Part shown: positions 54,468-64,000 of the stretch, in pieces
How the letters are laid out: every line of letters starts with the position of its first letter
Numbering within the stretch: position 1 is the first letter of the stretch
NCBI GenBank assembly: GCA_964304625.1
Contig: OZ199838.1
Coordinates: 14,198,061-14,262,060, forward strand
DNA length: 64,000 nucleotides
Direction of reading: 5' to 3'
Source of the DNA: Kudoa neothunni
Taxonomy: Eukaryota > Animalia > Cnidaria
Translations under genes and position numbers: made by a program
The notes under the pieces: model-generated
Databases searched by the model: none
Told to the model about the DNA's origin: nothing
The model's input: the letters and a program-made list of their open reading frames with translations, nothing else

Positions 54468-55391
54468 TTGTCATCAGTTTAATAACCGAACTACTGCTCA
54501 ATCAAATTCTAGTTAGGTCACCACCTTTATTCCACTTCTTAGTGTACACACTGACACAACTCGCCACGAATGTTACCGCCCTTAATCTAATCCTATAAAT
54601 GACGTATTATTTTCCTATGTGAAAACAATACCAGTGACATCCACCACATAACATCTGCATTCAGATGGAAACATTTGGCCAATTAGCTGATTGAACCTTC
54701 TAATTGATATTGATCAAATCCGCACTTTTGATCATAATCATAGCGATCTGCTGTGGTTATCTTGGAGATTGATCCTATCTATAATAAACTAATCTCAACC
54801 AACTCTCATAGCCAATAGAATTCATTAGAAATTTAATTTTCAGATTTTATATTTACTTTTGTAATATTTAGATGATCTACTTAGCTACCAATCTAAGCTA
54901 GATTTAACACTGCGCTCAATAATGTTGTATTCGTATTGGAAAGGTGGGCGAAGATTTATAAAAATCTATGTGATTTATATTTAAGTTATAATGTTGAGTG
55001 AAGTCAGGTGATTAATTCCATTTATAGATAAGAGAAAGATTATCGTGGAATAAAAATATCACCTAGAAATAGGGAATTACGCACTCTTTTGGCTGCGCGA
55101 TATACGCAATCAGTAGATTCCGATGTTAATTTGTGTTTATTTTATCTAAATAACTTAAGTGCGACTGAAAGATTTGAAGAAAATTATAGTGTAGCATAAA
55201 TACATAATCACTTGTTAAAAATTTTAAATATATTACCCAGAGTAAATAAACTATTTAAATTAAAGATTCTTAAGATTGTACATTGTTTTTTAAATAAATT
55301 TGCTGTTTATAGGTTTTACTTAATTAAACATTTAATTAAATATGGAAGGCTTAAAAGGATTAAATCTATATATAGCTTTTGAGTAAGAGTG

Positions 55392-55590
55392 TTTTTTTGT
55401 GTACAAGATCAACCCCCTGGCGCAACTTGTTACTTGTTAGGTTGTGAGGTTCGGGCTGGTTAGGCCTTCTTCACTTACGCTGTAGGCATCGCAGCGCCTT
55501 ATTAAGGTGACATACGTTTATGCGGTGGTGTGAGATTTTAACCCATTAAATATCCTTGTTTTGGAGGATTCACCAACCCCAATCATATCC
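55392..55590 (-). mobile_element. 5'-truncated copy of the SINE
   Basis: Reverse complement aligns with 39465-39658 (ggata.tta.tgggttaaa...acaccaccg.ataaa...tacagcgt...ggcct.a.cagc...cacaaccta...cagggg...cttgta + A-tail). Confidence 0.7.
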
Positions 55591-58027
55591 TAGACTAGGG
55601 GTTCTCAATCAATTTTTTAATTTTATCCCCTCGGCTTGTTGAAAATTCCAAATTTACCGCCTTAACTTGGAAGCCAAATTCATATGTACTTTAAGGTTGT
55701 ATATTTATGTAAGTAAATAGCGCTAATTCACAGTTTTGTCTGGTATTGTGTGATGCAAAATTTTAACTTTTAATTTTATTTTCGAGTGGAGAAATTTTAC
55801 GGAAGAGTTAATCTAATTAGCATGTTAAACACTGTAAATTTCATTTTTCTATTTTAATTGATGCATTTTAAAGCTTATCATTTATGTCTGCAATGTGATG
55901 ATTTAGATAAACAAAATTATTCACGAACTTTCCATTCAATATAAATAGAGGTATTGAGAGAAATTAATGAGTATTTTTAAGTTTATTTTACAAATTATTG
56001 ACAAAAAATATGATTATGTTGATTTTGTGAGAAATCTAATTAACGATTAAAATTCATTTATTGATTAAACAAAATCATTAAGTAACTTAATAGGAATTGC
56101 AGTTCTTTTCAAAATCTTACGACATAAATTAATCCTTCTAGTTATAAAATTTATTATTAGTCTACAAACGATAAAAAATAAATCAAATCAACCTAAGAAG
56201 CGTCAGAAATAAAAATGTTAATTGTTACTCTTTTTTTTGCAATTTTAGAAAGGATGTTAATGTGGTTTTAATAATCTGTGAGTGGTAACTTACGTATTCA
56301 CCATTTTAACACAATTTGCCGATTTTTAAATAAATGAAACCTTTGGTTTTAACAAAAATACTTACTGGTTCAAAAATATACAAATTTATTTAAAAAAATA
56401 AGATTGAATCTAAAATATAAAGATGTTTTTAGTGTGAAAAATTACAGTAATGCTTAAATATTTAAATATCAACTGGTTTTCTCTAAGGAGTTAACCCTTT
56501 TTAAAAATAAGCGTAATGTTTGACTGCCCTAAAAAATTTTCTTTGTATTAAACTATTTTTAGATTAACGAAAACTTGGTGAAAATATCGGTTAGATCGAA
56601 TAGACCAATAATTTCTTATTTACTTACATGGCACATGTTGGGAGGGGACTGTATTTTGTGCAAAAGTAATAGTGAATATAAATTCTTAAACTACGTATAG
56701 AAATATAGAATGCGGTGACGCATATTTTAATGCAGTTTTTATATCATAATGAATTATTTTTAGCGAAAAGAACATTATATATTGATTTGAATACTAACCT
56801 TAAGGTCTGGCTGGAGGTAAGGAATAATTACGTTACTAAGAATTTAAACGTTATTTAGAATATTGTCTCATCAAATATAGAAACTTTTCGAAGTAGTTAC
56901 GCCAACTGTTTTGGCAAGAAAGTTTGAGAAAATCAAAAAATGAGTAAAAACTTATCGAAAAGAAGAATATAGTTTTAATCTCAATCGATATATTTGAAAA
57001 CTCTACACATATATTACATCGTTTTTAAAATTCTTATAGAACTAGCAAATTATTCCTTGATGACAACAATTTTTAATCTCGAATTATGTGTTTTATTTAG
57101 AATCATCATAAGTCTTTTTGCTTAAAATGTATCTATAATCCTTGAAAATGAATCTATATTTTAAAAAATGTAATATGCTACAAATTTTAAGGAAAATGCA
57201 AAAACTCCTGTAAATGAAAATGTAACGTTAATAGTATTATTTGTCTTAAAATTATTCCAAACAGGCATATGTAGCATTTTTGAAACATTCTATATCAAAA
57301 TTAACTGATTTTGTTTGTATATAGTGAGTGAAAGTTCATCCTAATTGACTATCGTTCCGAAATAAACAAACATCAATATTATTCAGGTACTCTTTAATCT
57401 GCTATTTGAGTAGACAACCAGAAAATTCCTTACTTCTAACTACGATATTGATTATATTTGTATTTCTAAATAAATGAGAGATTTTTAGTTATGGTATCAT
57501 CTATTTAAATACGAACTAAAAGGTGTATTTTAGAAAAAGTTTCTCCATGGCACATGCACACTTGTGGACACAGACAGACAAAGGATTTTTTATATATATA
57601 TAGATTAATTGAGCGTAACATATCACGTGATTCAATATAAAAATATCCTCAAACTATGTATTTTGTCACATTTTATCACGATTATATAACTCATAATAAT
57701 ATAATATTATATTAGAATCTAATATGGTTATGCATATATGTGATTAAGTTTTCGTTTTATTATTTAAGCTTAAGGGTACACGTTTTCAGAAAATAAGGCG
57801 ACAAGTTTTGATATTAAATCAGATGGTGAGTTTTTTTTTATTGTAAATAATAATACATTTCTATTTAATCTCTTGGATTCGAAAAAAATCGTCCATGGCT
57901 TTTCAAAACAATGTAGAAACTGTAGAGGTTGCAGCATAATGTATATCTCTACAAAAAATCTACAAGAAAGAAAATGGAAACCAGTCAATTAATTTCTTCA
58001 TTAAATAAGACACAGATGTAAAACAAA

Positions 58028-61000
58028 GGCAGTGGCTATTGACACACTAATGAACTTCTCGGCAATCATTAGATATTTTACATTAGTTAATTTCTAGTAT
58101 TAGTTAGAACATTTTTTCATATTAGATTTGAAATTTATGATAAAAAATATTGAATATTAATGTTATACCTATGAGCGTAGATTTTGGTATTTTCCACCCT
58201 TAATGCGACCATATAAACTTCCAAGGCGCGTTTAAACATTTAAGTACGATAATATTTAAGTTTTTGAAAAAAAGTTCTTTTTAACTATAGAAGAAAAGTT
58301 TTACTTGATAATATCATGTAATTGGATTGCGTATAGAGTAAGCTTTGATATGTAATCAACATATTCATTATAGAATAGATAATCTGAATTTAATTATATT
58401 GTTTTATTTATTTTGATAAATTTTCAATTTTGAGATCGTTTTCTTGACCATTTAACAGCGGTTAATCCGTATCCTTTGGGTCTTCCAATTCTTTTTACTT
58501 TTTTGGGCAATATAAGATCTAAATAATAATTATTACAATAAACGAAAATGCAAACCTTTTATTCCCAAGCATTCTGTAGACTTGTCATTAGTTGAGTCGT
58601 TTTGGGGCTGCGATGATTGGGGAGTTTCTTTTAATTTAATTGGTGATATGGAGACTACACGTGTTTTGGGCTGGTTGCTTTCAGACAAGCCTATATGACA
58701 TTTGCATTATCACTTAATTTAGTATAATTAATATCTATAAATAATTATAAAGAGTTATCACTCTTACAAGGGAATGGAGACTCGACTTTATCCGTATCTA
58801 CATTTCATTCTTCTGTGGATGAATCTAGAATCTTTGCTAACTCTAAAAGTAATCAGCATGTTAACAGATAATAATGTATCCTTATTAATTTCTTTAAACC
58901 GGTTGGGTTATGGCTTTTAATTATGCTTTCTGAGATTCGAAAATATTCCACACAGCAATTGAAATATTCACCACAATACTCAGCAGCAATTGTTGCTAAT
59001 TTGTCTGTATAAACATTAGCGGTTTTCATTCGCTTGGAAAACGTTGAGAGATTTTCAGAATTTATCTTTTTTACTACAGACCCTGTTGAATTGTTTTTTA
59101 CTGTATTTATTTTAGTATTTTCTTTAATAAAATTTGAAATATGATCTTTTCTCCATCTTAAATGACACAGTTGGGGTTCGAACATGGGTATCAATAATTT
59201 ACATCTTAGAGCGAATATGTGTTGTCAAAGCAATTGGTAAGAACAATAGAAGGGACACGTACAAGAATTTGAAGTGGAGTCATCCTCTATTCCCACATTA
59301 AATCTATTCCCCATTTTTTTGCTTTCTTTGGTTATTAATTTAAAAGAAAATGATGTCAAAAAATCGCAGTAATTTCTTTCTACCTCACTCTCAATATTTA
59401 AATGCGTCGATTTTGACAGTTCTGTCACAATTTGACATGTCCTTTCTGTTCTTAGAGAATTTAAAACGGTGAAAAATTTTTCAAAGAATTCATCTAATCT
59501 AGAAAATTTTTTAATGGTGGTCTTTAATTTGGAGTTAAGGCATTCCAATCTATTGTTTGTTAGGTTGTCGTAATAGTGTCTCGCATCACTCAAAGAAATT
59601 ATTCATTGTGAACGAATTAGGTCCCAATTATTTCTGAAATAAGCGTTAAAATCTTCATATTTGTGATTGTATAGTTCAGCAAGTAAGATTTTGTATTGTT
59701 CTTCGTTTTTCGGAAACATCATTTTTCTAATAATATCTAAAATAGTATCTTTGACTTCATTTTTTATATTGTATTTAGTAAGGATCAACTCTCGCTGGAA
59801 CATCTGTATTACATGAAATTTACAGAGAATTAATGCAGAATTAGGAAAATGATTTTTCAGAGCTTTACGAAGTTTTAAATCCTTATCAGTAACAATGGAT
59901 AGTACTGTTTGTTTTATCCACGGTACAATTGATATTAGTTCATCGATATACCAGTTGATAACGGCTTCAATTTCCTCATACATAATACAGACATTACTTA
60001 CATGAGATAAACCCATAGAATCTTCTGAAACCGTTAGATACACGGGAGCATTACAATTTATGGAGATAAAAATTAATAAAAATAAGTTAAATAAAACAAG
60101 ATAAAATTCGTAAAAAATTACCGTGAATCTAATAGTTTGTAAGTTGCATCAATTAAAAGTAGCTCTGGGGAAAAAGAAAAAACCTTCTTCATTTCTTCAT
60201 TCAGTAATAATATTGCGTTAACTTGATTGTTATCGCCAGCAAATATTCTCACATCATAAATATAATCAACGTTGAGCAATTGATAAACATAGTTGATATT
60301 TATTTTATTCGACAAATTTATTTCGGAATTGTGTCTTGACTTCAATGTAATTTTTTCTAGGTCTCTTGTTGGATTTAAGATTGCAACAAGTTTTTGTTGG
60401 CTCCCTAAGAAATTAACTATGATATTATATCATTATTCTTATCCAATTTGAGCTGTGGTGGTAAATAACTGAAAAAATTTCCACCTCTCTCGTGATTATG
60501 ATCCAAATTGAAGGATTTCATTTCAAGTGTTTGTCCATCAGGACTAACACTCAAGGATACATGAACCGGGCAGTTTCCTTTTAAAGTCTTACATTGTCTT
60601 ATGACTTTGATCGGTATCGATATTGATTGCTAAAATAGCATACATATTTTATTGAATAATAGATTAAACCCTCATTGAATGTTTTAGTGAGAATTCGCTT
60701 GATAATGCTAATTTTTTTGGAATCTCGCGTCATTAAGTTGCTTTAAGTCTTCTGTTCATATAATTGAATAGAATCTACAAGATGCCTAAATGGGGTAAAC
60801 TTTTTGCCCACTTCAAAATATCAGTTCCTATGTTATCCTCCATCGCATTAGATTGCACAGGAGTTATCTGTGTAAAACCGAAATATTTCTTTTCAGCTAA
60901 GTAATTTACATAAATTCATAACAAAAACCATAATACATGCTATCCTTGAACTAATTATTCACATGCGACTTGATAGTTAATGAATTACATTTGAAAAAAC

Positions 61001-61455
61001 TAACCTTATAAGGTGTCATGCGTTGTTAGATACGACTTTATAATCATTAAACAGAATAAATTATTTGATATATAAACGAAATTAAATATTGGGTTATATG
61101 TTTGTATTACTAATTAATTTGGCGGACATCAGTGATTTTAAGCCACGAGGTCTTAATGACTTAACACTGCCAATCTTTCCATTATGATAATAACCAACCT
61201 TGAAAATTTAAAGTAAATTCCATATTCAAGCATTATAACTTCTATAGTTAACATTATCTAACTTTATATAGGCTTTAACGGTCCAATATTCATCGACAAT
61301 GTCAATATTTACATGTGGAAAATTCAACGATGAATATTTAACAAGAAATTTAACAACCATTTAGGAAAAATTACGATTAAAAAGTTAATGAACAGTGGAG
61401 ATTCAAATAATTTAAGAATTCGGAGAAGTTCATCAGCGTGTCAATAGCCAGTCCC
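58028..61455 (-). mobile_element. MULE (Mutator-like) DNA transposon
   Basis: TIRs GGCAGTGGCTATTGACACACTAATGAACTTCTC / reverse complement GGGACTGGCTATTGACACGCTGATGAACTTCTC enclosing a MULE transposase; no TSD recognised. Confidence 0.85.
58440..60843 (-). pseudogene. Intron-containing MULE transposase with SWIM finger (ZSWIM3/FAR1-like), inactivated
   Basis: GNCPVHV...DHNH N-terminal domain, PELLLIDATYK, IVTDKD, LILCKFHV, YFRNNW, TNNRLECLNSKLK, SWIM CTCPFYC....*QH, RIGRPKG; in-frame stops and a mutated splice acceptor. Confidence 0.85.
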
Positions 61456-62717
61456 TTTTTTTTATTACTTGTATCAACAATATAAAAAATAGTGTAAACC
61501 CTAAAAATACATATTTATTATTTAGATTTTGAATATAAAGTGAAATATTAAGACATATTTTACAATCTACTTCAATATTTTTTCGTGATTTAATGTTTCA
61601 AGCGTTTTAACCTAATATAATTAATTTACTTAGATGTATTATCTATCAAAATGTTTGTAAAAATTAGTAACAACCGCAAACCGTTGGAATAATGAAACCC
61701 CTATCTAAATCCTTAATAATCCTCACTTCAACACATAATCACCCTCGTTTTTTAAAAAATTTTCATCGACCCTCTATCTTTTAAAGGTCTAACTATCGTT
61801 AATCTATAGCGACAATCTTCTAAGATTTTTGTCGTTATTTCCATACACGTAATGTTTAGACCTAATATATTTTTTAATACTTCACTAGAATTAATATTTA
61901 TAAAATAAATAATTGAGGTTAAAAAAATTTATAATTGCATGCAATAAAAATATTTTTGTTTCATTTTCAAGTTAAACAAAAATTGAGAAAAACAATTTTC
62001 TTCTCCATATGTAGGTTTACGTGTTTTATGAGTATTCTAAAAATTATAACATCAACGGAAGCCGATTATTAGAGTTATGATAAAAAAGACGTATCTTGGG
62101 ATCTCGGTAGACCCCACTTGGAACCGTAAGGGTTAATAATATATACTTGAGTGTAAAATTCATTAAATTTATAGGATTTTAAGTTAAAATATGTTTAACC
62201 CCGGCAGCCAAAATTTCAATTATTATCGAGCTACTCTAAGGGTTTAATAGTTCTATAATTATTATAAAACTGTTAGATATATACATAATGAAAATTTAGT
62301 TATTTTAGTTGAAGTATGCTAAGGAGAATGGGTTTATTAGGTTAGTGACTAAAAAATCCTGTTCGTCTCCATTAAACTAAAGTGTTTTATAAACTAAGTT
62401 TAATGTATTTACCTACCTATTCAATAAACTATAAGATATGAATACATTGGCTATTCTATAAATATTTTGAATAGATTCATTTGTTCTTAATCCGCCTATA
62501 CATCCATGAAGAATATAAATTTATTTTTTGTACTTCTACAGAGCCATGATCTTTAAAAAATAAATATTTTACTTTTGATTATTATTAAATGAATTTTTAG
62601 GTGTGATAAAGAGCTTGCATACTAACTCTTTAAGATTTTATCATCGTACATTGAAGATTTATTTTTATTGTGTTTAATTATTCCGAAAAAAGATTAATAG
62701 CGAAGAATTAATAAAAT

Positions 62718-64000
62718 ATGAGGTTATCGATTTTGTTTTTATTTTCAACAATTCTCACAACGAGTAATATATTGCTTATTAACATTATTTAATTCCATTA
62801 TGCATATTAAGTATGTTGTCACAAGTATTTCATTCGACAAATAGTACGTCCAGTAGTAATAGAAGAAGTAAAAACAACACTAGAAGCTGAATCTCATTCA
62901 AAACTTTTAATGTTAAATAGTCAGTTGGTTTTGATGAGGTCTGAAGGTGATGTTAATCTAAGTACTGGTGGTGCCGTTGCTGGTGAGGCAGGTGATGGAA
63001 TTAGCCAACCCGAAACTGAACCTGGTGTTGTTAATGGAGCCGATACTAATGCTGCTGATGGAGATGATGATGATGATGAGAGTGGTAGTGACTCTTCGGC
63101 TGATCCTACCTTAGCAACTGAGAATACAGAATCTACAACCACTACCCCCTCCTCCCGAAACTACGATAAATCCAGAAGATATACCTATAGTTGATCAAGA
63201 AATCTCCAAATACATGGATGAGGTCACAATTCATTTAAAGGGAGATGAAAAAGAGGATTGCAAAATAGAACATTTGTTTTAGAAATGGAGTAAAAGCCAA
63301 ATTTAATGAGACTATGTGCCAGATAGCTGATGTGGCCACTGAAGTTGTATGCGAAGCCAAATGTAATCAGAAAGTTGTGATTAAAGTCAATAGTGGAAGA
63401 TTGGTACACTATTTCAGAATTACTGAAGGTACCAACCTCAATATATTAGCAGTTCCAGCCGGTAAATAAGAATAGTTAATTGTTTGAGTTTATTTTTTTA
63501 ATAGATATGCCCAGACGCCCTGAAACTAATGTAACTCTAAGTGAAGAAGAAGCCCGTTTCGGAGTTAACAATTTCTGCACGGACAATTACAGATGTCGAG
63601 TTAAAAGCACCAAGGGTGATAAAAACTTTAGCTAAAGTAGAAAATAACAGCTGTGATCTGTACAATATGACTATACCGATTCGTTACTCAACATCAAGTG
63701 CCTATTACTCCTACTGTGGTGCTAACCAAGCTAAAGTCATGTTTTATGCCAACAAGTCCTTTTACAACAAAGATAACAAATACAAATATGTTCCTTTCAC
63801 TGTTGCTCAATCAGCTGATACAAATAGTAACTTCCCACTAGAAGTGAAAAATCCTTATATGAATAAGGAAATCTGCAATTTCCAAATTAAAGTAAGTTCT
63901 GGTGACTACAATGATAAATGTAGTCAGGCTGGAAGTAGTGAGGGTGATAAATGCTACAAATATTGTGGTGGAGCTACCACATTAGTAATCGATAATCAAA
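62718..64000 (+). pseudogene. Unknown secreted/surface Cys-rich glycoprotein, frameshifted (pseudogene or assembly errors); continues beyond the window
   Basis: Signal peptide MRLSILFLFSTILTTICC, acidic/Thr-Pro-rich linker, then Cys-spaced domains with N-X-S/T sites; reading frame broken by three +1 shifts. Confidence 0.55.

Overview
This is a very AT-rich eukaryotic, almost certainly animal, genomic window; it contains a COE/EBF gene, a metazoan family. Genes are split by tiny GT-AG introns, mostly about 37-80 nt, with a few kb-scale introns swollen by transposons. The proteins are strongly divergent, as in compact parasitic metazoans; the taxon cannot be fixed from this sequence. Nine conserved genes were reconstructed by hand: GFER/Erv1, ELMOD, phosphorylase kinase alpha (PHKA, head-to-head with EMC7), EMC7, cGMP-dependent kinase (PKG), MRPL49, COE/EBF, an Mxd/Mad-type bHLH repressor and Aurora kinase. 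A frameshifted, apparently lineage-specific, secreted Cys-rich protein gene runs off the right edge. Intergenic and intronic space holds decayed mobile elements: Buster-type hAT elements with 8-bp TSDs (one carrying a nested Tc1/mariner-like MITE), Helitron helicase, Merlin/IS1595 and piggyBac remnants, a spliced MULE with TIRs plus a related foldback element, and a two-copy tRNA-derived SINE. I found no convincing wholly new biological system. The best leads are (i) a possible splice/uORF switch that adds or removes the Sin3-interaction domain of Mxd, (ii) three same-direction +1 frameshifts in the secreted-protein gene, (iii) the composite nested hAT/MITE unit and the SINE family, and (iv) altered lipidation motifs in PHKA and PKG. 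All exon boundaries are manual predictions.
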